DNA from: Amoebophrya sp. A120
Lineage: Eukaryota; Protista; Dinoflagellata
Length of the DNA: 64,000 nt
NCBI GenBank assembly: GCA_905178155.1
Contig: CAJINV010000008.1
Span: forward strand, 1,860,001-1,924,000
Direction of reading: 5' to 3'
How positions within the stretch are numbered: position 1 is the stretch's first letter; every line of letters begins with the position of its first letter. Positions 1-12,560 of the stretch are shown here, piece by piece. A program made the position numbers and the translations under genes. The notes under the pieces were generated by a model. That model worked only from the letters and a program-made list of their open reading frames with translations. It made no database searches and was not told where the DNA came from.

Positions 1-3000
1 GCCTTTTTCGTCTTTTACAGTCGTCCTGAGCTTGCGCCGCCGCCTTTTCCCATGCTGCCGTGCCATCTTCTGGTTCTGCACCGAGCTCGTACTACTAGCT
101 ACCTCGTCGGTCTGCGAGAGTCTTGATGTTGTACTGTGCCTTTTCTCTTCCACGTAAGAGTCGTGAGATGAAGCGGATCCGGATGATGTAGTCTCGTCTC
201 GGACACCTGCAAACTCCGCCCCCGACGCTAAACGCACTTCTTCTTCGCTCGTGTAGTGCGCCGCTGCATCCTGTCGTATTACCTCGGTTCCTATTTTCTT
301 GGAAAAAATGGACTCTTCTTCTGCAGGAAAGACGCGGCGGATCGCGGATTGCCACTTTTTCGTTTCTGACGAGACACGAAGACACAGAGTGGAACGAAGC
401 AGGCATCCAAAAAGATTCCTCTTCGATAAAAACGAATGGCTCATGCTGGAGCGCAGTTGTGCTGCCTTCGGGGTCATACCCACATCAAGGTGCTTTTTAC
501 AACATGGAACCTTCTTTGCGTTTGCGATGGTGCAAACGTAGTTGCTCTCTTGCAGAACGCCATCGCGAAACGCTGTGGCTACAAACTTCGGGAGTTGTGT
601 GATTTGTGTAGTAAGTACGAGCAGCGAAACATATAGATCACACATGGATATGGCTTTGGCTGCCAGCACACGCATAAACAAACCTTGTGTCACACCTCTG
701 CAGCTCCTCTCCCCATTTTCTAATCTTGCAGACCTATCCTCACTCGTAAAAAAAAAAACGATCATTTCCCTTTGAAGACAATAGCCTCTCGATCTTCACT
801 CAAAGATGATGCAACCCAGAAAACCCCCAAAAATTCGCTTCTCGATCACCATCTGCTTCCGGCGTTGTTGTATCTTTTTAGCTTATCCCTTCAGCACGAC
901 ACGAGCACGACCAAAAAAACGAGCGAGAATGAAAACGAAACAATCTCGCATTCTTGTCATGATTGATGGTCATCGTCATGGTGGCATTGGAGTGAGCAAA
1001 AAAAATTGTGGTCGAGAGCAGGATGCAGCGAAACGATATCTTTGATTGCAGATGCACGGAAATTTTTGCCAGAACCGGAGAGTTCAAACGTGGAACAACA
1101 CATGAAGGCACGACGTCATGAAACTTTAGCGGGAGCTCAACCAGCGAAGAATCGGCAGCTGAAGAACCAACGCATCGATAAGATCAGAACCTCCAAAATG
1201 TGGATGCTTTTAGTTACACCAAACGCAATTCCAGTCCCGTTCAAGGAAGATATAATGGTATAGAGCAGAATGTTGAAAGGCTAGAAAAGCAGATCGCACT
1301 CTGTGTCTGTATCTTTTCGTTGTCTCAACAAATCATATCAATATCTAAAGGAAATGCCATATCAAGAACCTCTCGTAACGAATTGTTATTTGGATTGGAT
1401 TGGAAATCTGATACAAGTCCGATTCGTTCGGTAGTATCCGCTCCACCGAGGTGGGTTCACTCAGTCTTTAGCCCAAAACGTGGCATTGAGAATGATGGAA
1501 GTGAGAAGTCAAAGACTAGACAACATAACATAAAAACTAGACTGTGTGCTCGAAAAATGATTCCGAGACGCGAAAGAAGAGCAACGATCACGAAAAGGTC
1601 AGTATACGGCACGAGGACGCCAGAAAGCGTGTAGGTATAGCCACATAAATCCTCAAAACATCAAAACATTATTGAACAATTTTTTCAAAACGAAAAGCAA
1701 CTATCAGCGCTCCGTAGCATTTCCTAGAGGGATTTTTACTCCTGAATATTCACGTGAATTCGCTTGGTAATAGGTGACGCTATCAACAAATCAGTTCTAA
1801 AAGTAAAAAGCCCGGCGTGAGTTATTGCGACCACCAAAGTTTTCAGGAGATACACCTGTTCAGTGCTGCCCGTCGAATCTGTGAGTGCTTGCGCATTTTG
1901 GTAAGAATAATTACATTGGCCGCTTGGATGCACGCTTTAGCTCTTGGCGATGAGCTCTTAGCGATAGCCAATCGAGTAGGACAGACTCCAGTTTTCTACC
2001 GCATACTCACGAAAAAAAGATGACTCAAAAATACCAAGAGCAGCGTCCTTGGCCGTAGCAGGTCGCGCAATGCTTAAGCTGGTGCCATTCAGTTCATCAA
2101 ATAAGTAGCATCTTTCTTGTGCAAGTCCTCTCGTCACAGAGGCTGAACTGCAATGGAGCCGAGCTCAAACTAGACCAGGGCTTTTCTAGAAGGTAACACT
2201 AACAGGGCATGGTGTGTTCGAAGTAAGGTAAAATCTCGATCGATCCCTTAGATAAACGACATTCTCATGGTAAACACGAAGACGAATCTACTCATCTGAA
2301 ATAAGAAATCTGATTGCTATTTTCAAGAATTGTGAATACGGTACTTAGAATGGATAGTTAGCAAATGCTTTGGATATCTTTGTCGACACTGTGTGGCAAG
2401 AGAAATACTTTTACCGGTAGTCCTATCCTTGTATATACAATTGGCTTCAAGGACTCGTATTTTTATCTCAACAACTCCAACCCATAGTAACTATTCTCCT
2501 TCCCAAAAGATCAAAATCAACGTAGATAAAATTTGTGTTCCCGAAGAGCACACTCAGAGATCGTGTAAACGACGTACCTCCCTAATACGTACATCTAGCG
2601 AGACCACGGCAGTCTCGTCTAGTTGTAAGAAGGTGACGAATGTGATTCAATAATATACGGCCGCGCAAAGCTATTTTTCTGTTCTCTTTTTTCCGTATGA
2701 AGAGGCACACTTCATGTGCGAGCTTCGTTTTGCCTATCACTACACGGCTTGACAGCGCCGGGGTATGGAAGAATCGCCGCTGCGCGAAGCAACAAGAGAT
2801 TTCCGATTCCGGAGTCGATCTATGATTATTCGTCGAGGGCGGGTGCCATGTGGTTTACGTTTTATCATTTTGCTTCAGAGCAGGAAAGGAACTAGAGACA
2901 TCGATCGGAAGCCGCTACATTTGTGGAAATATCGAAGATTATCGTTTTACTGCGCAAGACTGATTTTGTATATTTCTACAAGAACAACTTTCTATCTAGC

Positions 3001-3323
3001 AGTATCGGCAAAGGACCAGAGCCAACAAGTGCAGGGTGAGTATGGAACTGCGCAGGAGAAGGTACGTATTCACGTGCGCAGTCTCCTTTAGTGCTGAAAG
3101 ACGGTCTACCGTGTCTGGCAGAAGACATTTTTCAGCATCGCAGGCAGTCTGGAAGATGATGAACTACAGTACACTACTAACGAGTTGTAAACAAAAGCTC
3201 GTACAGGGTCTTTATATCTCAAATTAGCTCATTCGGCAGATTGCAGATCAGGAAGCTCCTTGAAGATTTTGTACAGCGAAATCCGATCTGAAGCTACGGT
3301 GCCTCGGCGGCTGACTGTGACAG

Positions 3324-4530
3324 TCAATCGAACTCGCAATCAAGATCGTCATGCCCTCCTGCTTCACTGACGGTCATCTCGATAGGGTTGTAATTCTCTT
3401 CCATGATGCTGGATGGTGGCTCGTCGGTACTCCCCATCGAGCACGCTGTCATGTCCTCCAGCTTTTGTCTCTTGCGCGCTTCGTATTTCTGCCTGGACTT
3501 CTCCACATATGACCGCACCTGTGGCAGTTTTGGTTACGTAAAGCGCAAAAGCCTCAGACTTGGCATCGATTATATACATATTTCTGTCGTCCATGACTAA
3601 AAACGTGATGCCATACCCGATGCCAGTACCCAACGAAAGAAACGTCATGCGAAAAAACACTCTCGCTTTACCTTGGCTTCGTAGGCTTTCGTGTCCTTCA
3701 AGTACAGGGCTGCGGCGTCGGAATTCAACGGGTCCTGCGGATTTGGGTAGGTAAGAAGCTGCGGCAGAAACACCTCAAAAACGTTCACCAAGCTGTACAG
3801 CGGCGTCCACGTCTGGTTTATTACCTGCGGATAGCGATTGGTTGTGAGGACAGTAAATTTTTTCAGTCGTGCCAGCAGTTTGAGTACCAACATATTTGTA
3901 TGTTCGTGGTCAACGTCAATACTAACCTGATTGAACCGGAGACAACAATGTATGATGAAGCTGCTGGCGATACAGTCAGATGTTGAGTGACCCTAGATGC
4001 AAGAACAAATTAGCAAGTACATCCAAACACACGCTGCCGCTCTTCTCGTCCACATTTGGATGAAACATGGTGTTTGGCTCAAACCCTATGCCGGGACTTG
4101 CGAAGGGATACTGCTCAGGTAGCTCCACGTGCGCTCGATATATGGCCCCTGAGAGTTCATGGTTCATGGTTAGCTACATCGTATGCATAGTATTTCAGTC
4201 AGGAAGTTCAAAAGCCCCGGCGTGTCGTGCTCGTGGCGAGGCGCTGCATAGACAATTTTCAAAGTGGAGATACTTCGTATGACTTTCGGACGGACAAAAA
4301 TCTCTCTCGACAACTTCTCCGTTCTTGTCCGTCCTCAACGGGCTGCAATTAGACATCAAGATCATAGTCATACACAAAGGGATGATCAAGCAGAATTTTT
4401 CTTTTCTATGTATAGAAAGATATACCCTCGTAAATTGTGTCTTTCGGTCCGTGAAAGACCACGTGGAAGTCTTGGGTGTTCCCGTCATTCAGTTCAACTT
4501 CGTACCCAGCCATGATGAGCCGGTGGAAAA
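3324..4530 (-). CDS. UBC8: Ubiquitin-conjugating enzyme E2, UBC8/UBE2H-like (multi-exon; first exon(s) upstream unresolved)
   Basis: Spliced exons read [32 protein letters not shown]|[42 protein letters not shown]|[40 protein letters not shown]...AK|VRSYVEK. The HPN motif and catalytic Cys (SVCLD) are present, and three GT-AG introns keep the frame. Confidence 0.92.
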
Positions 4531-7500
4531 TATGCTGTGCAAAAACGTCCCGTCTCAAATTCGATGTCACGCAATTCTACATGCCCAAATTGTACGCAAG
4601 TATCTCATGTGCATCTCCACCGTGACAGGCATTCTCTAATGCTAGCCGCTTGTTTTTCAGGCTCGACTCCGGGTACAGACCACGATTACTGACGCGACTG
4701 CACGACCAGCTACCCAATACAACACTAGACACCCAGTTTTGTCATGCTAAACAGCCAAAAGTTCTCAGCTTGTGTCGCAACAGCTGCCATCTTGACTGTG
4801 GGGCGGGGACATCGTTTTTACACAGGATAAAAGTCGCACTGTCTTCTCGTGCTGGGCGATGACATTTTCTTTGTGCCGACTACAGCTTGACCAATTACCG
4901 CGGACTCCAAGTGATGCAACGGCGGTGCTGTGAGTCTTGCTCTCTCCTTGCTAAAAACGCGTGTAGAAAAACACTGGTGGTCGCGTTCTGCTTCCTGATG
5001 TGAGTCCCTTTATTTCCATATTGCTTCAGCTTCGTCGAAGAGGTGGTTGTCTTTTCGGCGCGAATCCTCTGCGTGATCAGCTCTTGGACTTGCCTTACTC
5101 TGTATCAATTGTGATGTGATTTCTCGGATCGGCGTTGCTTTTCGCGCTATTCTACTTCACCAGGGGAGCACAAGGGGGAATTTTTCGTATTATTCGTGTT
5201 CGAAGAAGATTCCGGCGATGGATGAAGAAAGTTTTCTTGGCGATACAAGGCTGCTACTCGCAAAGATTTTCCACTGGTGCTCCCGATCGGCGTGGGCTCT
5301 GTTCCAGTTCTTCAAAATCAAAATGGTGCTGCTGTCTCACCGTCGGTAGATGGCGCAACGATGTCAGTACATCCAAAGTCTGTGCCACCCTCGCGATATG
5401 TTCCGAAAAAAAAGCTTCCGCTTGACCTTTCGTTACAGAGGGGGGCGAGTTGAAGATGTTCCGTAATTTTGGTTACAAGGAAAAAGTCGGGCAGTGAAAT
5501 TCGATGTATCGTTAGTTTCTCGATCGATTCTTTTTTTACAACCAGAGAAAGCCGGAAACGCTCCAAAAACTCTTCTCGCGTTTTTGTCGCGCGCTTCTCG
5601 TTTCGACGAGTAGGGCTGTAAGGTTTTCGAAATGCTCTCGTTGCGTGTGACGCAGTTGTGCTTCGGTGGTTGCGTCTTGCGTCTTGATGGTCGAAAGTGG
5701 ACTATGTTACAATCTACTGCTGAAATTAGGTTTCTAGGGTTGGGAAATTAGCTGCTTTGCGTAAAAAGGGAAAGTTTAATTTTCTCGCACGAGAATAGCC
5801 TACAGCAAGTTGCTGAGGGTCGTATGTGGCTCTCCTATGTGATAAATCTTGTAAAAGTAAACGCTGTAAGTAGCCGGGGGATCAAGTTAACGACTTCGAA
5901 AGAAAATCGATACGTCTAAATTTATACTCACTTGTCTGAAATGGAATTTGTTCTCTGCGTCGAGTTTACAATGCGGGGAAATAAATAAATCTGTGCGAAG
6001 TTCAAAGTGCCTATTTTTCTTGTAAACTTTTAAATTCAAAACTATAATTTTTGCAAAATTAGCGAACGAAATTTCAAAACCAAAACAGCAAAACTTCGAG
6101 CATCAAAACTTACTAGCGGCTCAAGTGTTTTCGGGAAAAAGATATGCCCAAAAATTTCGTAGTGCATCGATTCATAAATAAGCGCTCAAAGGGTGCGGCA
6201 CCCAAGATAGAGTGAGTGCTATGACACCATACTTACTAGTTGCATATCTGATAAATCGGTCTACTGCTCTGTTCATAGACAAGGTGCAGGACCTCTTCGA
6301 AAGCTCTTTATTTCCGATTATTTGTAGTTTCCAATCATGGACCAGATTTCAAGGTGACTCAGAAGAATCTCCCCTTTTTGACCTTTATGTCGTTTTGTCT
6401 ATTATATTTTCTTCGTTTATAATTGTCCGAGTGTTGCATGCCAAACTTCGAAAAATTAATTGTAAAGAAAGTTGCGATTGGTGCAGGTGGTGGATTGGTG
6501 AGTGGTGCTGGGTCATCGCAAAAATTTGGCACGAACATCTGGTCCTGCGCGTGAAGAAGTTTGTATAAGATTTTATCGCCTTCGGTGCACTCGTTGATCA
6601 AAGTTCGGACGGCGACCCAGCCGTCTGCAGTGTGTTTCCGAATCCTGTTTTGTAAACACAACTTTTCCTCGTACTACTCGTACACATCCAACATGGGCAG
6701 ACGATCTGTTTGGAAAGAACCGAAGATTATCGGATACCCATGCGCCACAAGCAGTTCTACTTGCTTTTGCCTCTCAGAGGGGAAAATGAATCCTGCTATT
6801 GCTTTAACTACTCTCTCGGTCGACGAGGTACCTAACAAATGCCCAAACACTCAGAAATTCAAATTTCATTTTTCAACCGATGACATTGCACAGCATTTTT
6901 TTTCATTTTCCAGTATGCCCTTGCTCGCTCGTTTGTTTCTATGTCAAACAGAATTCTTTGCAGCAAGGCGGGTCCGGGTGTGGGACCAAGAAGAAGATTG
7001 GACTTCCTGGGCTTCTTTGGGTAGATTTATCGCTCGATCGTGATTCAGTGAAGCAACCGCACTTAAAAGGACACGATAGAAACAGAAAGTAAGCGTACTC
7101 ATACTTAATCAAAGACTGAAACTTTATGTTTACAGCAGAGCTTGAACTTGTACTTGAGCAAAATAATTTACTTACTTATACGTTCATGGGGGAAGGGGTA
7201 GTTGATGTACGGCGCAAATGTAGTAGAGCTAGCTACAGTGCCATACTCATATTTCAAAAATGAGAAAAAAATAGGCCGTCAAGCAGGAAAGACACTTCAA
7301 ATTTCAAATGTATGAACCGCTATTCACTTCTTCCGTCTAAAAACAGCACAGAACCCTGGACCGCCGAGCCGGAGCCGCTGTCAGCAAAACTCCTTTCTTC
7401 GAAAAAACTCGGCTCTGCTCCCTCTGCAATCCCGCCGGCCGCTCATCCTCATGAGAGGAAGACGATGACAGACCTGATTGAATTGTGATTCACATTCTTT

Positions 7501-8020
7501 TTCTTTCTTCATTGCACAAAACAATTACTTACGAGCCGAAATGGCTCCGTACTCGTCCTTTGAGTAAGAATTGCAGACAGAGCTACGCATAGCACACAAA
7601 AGTATCCAAAAGTACCTCCTGATTCCTCGTTTCCCATGGTCGCCATCATGTGACACTCTTGTAGTTCCGCTTCGTCGCCGGGCGGCACATCAGCAAGGGA
7701 AACTTCTTGCGCCGCATGTTCATCCAGACACCCGGAAAGGTCCGCGTCAACGGCGTTCGACGTGACTGGATTGATTTGTCACAATAGTTCTTTGCAACTA
7801 GTCGTTCCAAAGAATGTAATTTGTTTGGTTAGAACGAATTCACCATGAGAAAACAAAATTTTTTCGTCTCATAGAACTGCATTTTTCGCTACTGCATGAA
7901 GACAGAGAGCAACTTGCTTTTTACTGAACTGACTCCGAATATTCCGACATGATCGGTGTTGCTGCACCTGAAACACACCGCACACGCAATGAAGATTTTT
8001 CATCGTACACATTAGTGAAG

Positions 8021-9256
8021 CTAAAACCAAGTACCTTTCTCCACCACGTCGGACATGAGGATCTCCGTGACCAACGTCTCCGCGGGGACAATGGGAGCAG
8101 CTTGCTCGGCATTAGCATCCTCACCCAGCGCAAGAACTTCGCCGGGCCCCTGGATTTGTTCAGCTTCAAGATCCTCCGACAAAGAACTTAGATCCAGTGG
8201 CACAACTTCTTGCGACAGCACAACTCCTTCTGTTTCTCCTTTTTCCAGTCGTGCCGCCCGACACGATTTCATCTCTGCACACAACTCAAACGCAGTAGAG
8301 CGTTGCTTGCTTCCTCGGGTTGTTGTTCCGTTTTCTGCTTCCACATCCTTCGCAATCCGCACCTCCGCGGGAAACCCCGGCACCACAAAGGGAAAACGTT
8401 CCGGAAAAAAGAGGTGCGCGAAAACGGACACGACGCAGCTAGACGCGAAGAAAACGACGGAACCAACCAGGACCAACAGCAGCAACACACCGGAAGCGAC
8501 GAAAACGTCCCAAAAGAAAACTTCGTACTCCGGAACGGCCGTCTCCAGGACGGTATGCAGGCTGCAGCCGTGGCAAGAAGCGGAGACGCCTGACGGACGC
8601 TCTTTGGGTTCGACATCACTTTCACTCGTGGAGGCAGGAGCAATAAACGTTGCAGAAGAAGATGAACTGCTTTTAGAAGCCGCTGCTTCCACTTGGCCAG
8701 CCTGGTCGGAAGAGAACATCAGAGCCTCGTTGCCCTCATCTCCAATGCTAGGGTCTAGCACGTACAGGAAAGTGTCGTACAGCTCAGCCACGTTTTCCCA
8801 CTGCTTCGCCACAAACGCGGGTAGGTTCGCTCGAAAGAGCGCGTACTCCAGCGCGAAGAGCTTCTCCGCCTTCTGCGCGACCATGCAAAGGCTCTCATCC
8901 AGAAACGAGGGACGGGAAAAATTCGTCGTGCTTTGCGTCGCCGTAGACGACCCCACACCGGGGTTGCTGCGAGATCCATCTTCTGTGAAATAAGCAGTGG
9001 CCGTGAAGACACTATCGCAGAAATACCCCGTCGTGAGGCTTGTCGCGTCGCGGTTCAGTCGGTCAAATGTCAGAGCTAATTCCTTCACGTCCGTCCGCCC
9101 AGTACGCAGAAACGCCTCCACAGACGTGGGGTGGAGGACGTTTTTCTGGCTACTGTTTTCGATCAACAGGCTCGTGACCTCCCGAATGTAATCCATGTGC
9201 GACTGGACAACCGCACTGGAGAACGCGGCAATCCAGGTAATCATTTTCGATCGCAA
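8021..9256 (-). CDS. Hypothetical membrane protein (large exon; true start and end unresolved)
   Basis: 411-codon ORF with coding-like GC content and a hydrophobic segment (DVFVASGVLLLLVLVGSVVFFASSCVVSVFAHLFF). No family recognised. Confidence 0.6.
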   Translation of the reverse strand: MRSKMITWIAAFSSAVVQSHMDYIREVTSLLIENSSQKNVLHPTSVEAFLRTGRTDVKELALTFDRLNRDATSLTTGYFCDSVFTATAYFTEDGSRSNPGVGSSTATQSTTNFSRPSFLDESLCMVAQKAEKLFALEYALFRANLPAFVAKQWENVAELYDTFLYVLDPSIGDEGNEALMFSSDQAGQVEAAASKSSSSSSATFIAPASTSESDVEPKERPSGVSASCHGCSLHTVLETAVPEYEVFFWDVFVASGVLLLLVLVGSVVFFASSCVVSVFAHLFFPERFPFVVPGFPAEVRIAKDVEAENGTTTRGSKQRSTAFELCAEMKSCRAARLEKGETEGVVLSQEVVPLDLSSLSEDLEAEQIQGPGEVLALGEDANAEQAAPIVPAETLVTEILMSDVVEKGTWF

Positions 9257-10273
9257 ATTTCCACTTCGCGAGGAAAGAACAGGATTATGTTTATTGGATT
9301 TGTTTTGCGTCAGAGTCAGATGAAAACGACGTGTACACGAGGCACTTAGGCCATTTAAATCAGTGAATCACCGCAATTCTTAGGTGATAGCTGCAAAAAT
9401 ATTGGGAGGGAATTTTTTTGTGTTGCATACAGAAAAACAACTAAGCGCGCGAAAACGCTGAGACACGAACGGTTTTGCGGCAATAGACACGTTCAAGTTC
9501 TTTCAAAAAATTTGCTGCACGGGAAAGGAGTCTGTGACCCGGCACGAAGTTGTGAACGAAGAAATGTTGCGCAACAAGTGACAACGATTGAACGTGTTGC
9601 GATGGACGACAAGAACTATGACGCAACTGCTAGAGCGTAGAACTGTAGCAGGTCAGGTTCGACGCACGTGGACGAAAATCAAAATCATAAAAACGCACGA
9701 GCACGACGAGGACTATACGAATTTCATTTTCTTCTACCTTCACGACGATCATCTTGGAATTGAAAGAACGACGACGACGTACTAGAAACACATCGGCCCT
9801 TCTCCTGCAAATGGGAATGGGCAACCACACTCTTTTCCAAAGTAGCAAGCTGTGATTTTTCTTCTTTGCGTCCGTACAGAGGCCACTCGTGCTGACAGCA
9901 TTTGATTTTCAAGCGAGTGTAAATAGCAGGAGGCTCTCCTGAGGGCGAAAGGAGGTGGGTGGTTTTGAGTCGTGGACAAATCTTTCAATCATTACTCTGC
10001 GTTTTGGGGCTCTTTGCAAGTTTGAATTCAGATTGGGATTCAAATCATTGGAGTCAACAGTTAAACATTGCCTGACTTTTGTCCTCCGAGCGATCGAGCG
10101 CGAGCACGGGTACATCAAGATTTCATTGGGATGAAAAAAGTAATTGTCGCTATATGTAAGCACCTCGTCCCGGGAAGAAACTGCTACTCGACGTCTATGC
10201 GGTCGTAGAAGAAGACACCAGTGCGCAGGACGATGTCGTGATTTTATTTCAAATTCGAGCGGGAGCTGCAGTC

Positions 10274-11570
10274 TCAGCAGCACGCACAGCCGGCACCACA
10301 CTTCGCGATCATCAACCCCGACTCGTTTGTCTCCTCGGGGTTGAGCTGTTTGTCCAGCATTTCGGCAAACAGGCTGCTCTTCTCGAATCGAATGCGGCGC
10401 ATGTTTTCCAGCAGAAAAAAGTCCTTCTGCTCCCCACGGTACTGCTGACTCACGTGCGGCGCCACGCGCGGAATCAACCCAACGCCCTGCGGCCGCATCT
10501 CTTCCGCAATGCGGCGTGCCAGGTCCGGGAGGAGAATGTGCATGTGGTCCGAGAGCAGCAACAAGTCCCGCAGATGCGGCGTGTTCACCTTCGTCTTGTC
10601 CTTGGCATCCTTGCTCATGTTCTCCTCTGACGTCACTATTTTCATGGTGTCGTCAATGAATTCCTGCCGTCGCTTCAACTTCGCCTCGATATCGATCAGC
10701 AGCTTGTTTTCCTGGTGGCCGCCGTTCGACGTCCCAAAGTGCGTTTCCCGCAGACCCTCCATCTTCCGCTCCAACCTGTCGGACCAGCTTTCCTCGTTCT
10801 CGACGACCGCACACGCCAGCGTGTCGTCTTCCGCCAGGGAGCTCTGTAGCACTCGCCGGAAGTTCGCCATCTTGCCGGAACCTGGGTTAAGTTTTCTCAT
10901 AGATTTGTACTTCTTGTGTGATAAATTTCCAGCATAAAAAGACACCTCGAGCTCGAGCGCGACAAAAAAAAACGTAATTCTTTACCTTGTGTCTACTCGG
11001 TAAAAATCTCCTCAGTATCGAGATCTTTGATCTTGTTGTCATTGAGCGACCAAAAACACACTATATTAACGTACAACAATGAATCACAAACTCACCTCCG
11101 CCACCCAATGGTTTTGCGTTCACTTTTACTTCCGCTTCCTCCTCGACGAGGTTCTGAAACAAATCCCAGACCGCGTACATGTATTCTCGCTGCTCTTCGG
11201 TCCAGGAAAAGTCCACACCGCCCATGCCGCCGATCTTCGTCTCCCCCGCTTTGTTCACGCGCACGCCGCACCACTGCCGCACCAGCAGCGGGTCAAACTG
11301 TGCCTTGTTGACGCCGGTTTCCGCAGACCCGCTCACGAGCAGGTGTGCCTTCATCACGTTTTCCACCTGCATCCGGAATTTCGATACGATTTGGACCACT
11401 TTGGTCTGTCCAAGGTGCGGGCCGAGAGAAAACATCACCTGGTAGCGCCCAATTTTCTGGAAAAGAGACTTGTCAAAGGGCAGGAGTTTCTCCTCATCAT
11501 CTATCTCCTGGTACAGCTGCGCCAACGAGATGGCCACCGGCCCGTCCGTGTGGTCGTCTTCGGCCACCAT
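10274..11570 (-). CDS. Hypothetical protein, two exons
   Basis: ORFs 11061..11570 and 10274..10945 join in frame through a GT-AG intron at 10882-11095 (PLGGG|GSGKMANF). Confidence 0.7.
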
Positions 11571-12560
11571 GGTTGAGGTTCAAGAACAACTCCGAAGAGC
11601 GGTCCTGCAGCGCACTACCTGCACCTAGGGATGCGGTTGATACGTCCTCGAGTAAGTAGTTCTACTTGATTTCGATTTTCTTGTCATGATCTCACAGATA
11701 ACAGGCCCTGAAAAATTCCTTACGTACAACAACGACTTAGTTCAACGGCTGATTGTTTTGCGTGTGGTAGTTTCTGAGTGGACGAAAAAGGTCATGCGAA
11801 ATGTTACCACGGTGGGAAATAATATAACGAGCATTCAAAGGAACAATCGGGTTGCTGTTTATTTCATGTCCTCACAGTGCTTGAAATGCGGCGCGATCTA
11901 GTACTTCGTCAGCTGTAATCGATATCCGATCGCTACGTGAGTGTCTCTGATCGAGGTGGTACTTTCTCAGGATTCCTCTCAGTATCGGTCTTCCCTCGAC
12001 ACCTCTCCTCTTCGTATGCTCTCTTAGTCAGATTCTACAGCTGTTGCACGCTCTTGAATCACATACACTTCTGCCGAAGGAACACATTCAACAAATGGAA
12101 AAATCACACTACTCGCGAACGAGCCTGACATCGCACAACAGTTCCTCTTTCCAAACGAAGCTCCGTCACAACTACATCGTTTTCTTTTTCTAAAACTTTT
12201 TTGCGTTACCGATTTTCGTTCAGGACGCCCAGAAACCAGACAGCGAGCAGTCTGTTACTGGGCGACCTCTTGTTCAGGACTGCAACGAGCCACCGCTGCC
12301 CAGAGGCTGCTGCTTTTCGTCCCGTTCGCGTTGACATATTACCGTAAAATAAAAGCTTAGCCGATAAGTTTGTTGATAAGTTGACAATAAACCGAATTTG
12401 GTGACATTCTTGGGCACAATTACACCTGGGGCACAGACTGAAGTAGTACCTAGGGCATAATTACAATAGAGGGAAAAACAACCCGGGCCATGGGAAGGCC
12501 GAAAGGTAAAGAAAGTACAAAAGTTCTATACTCTCTTCATCCGCCCGAGGCACCACGACA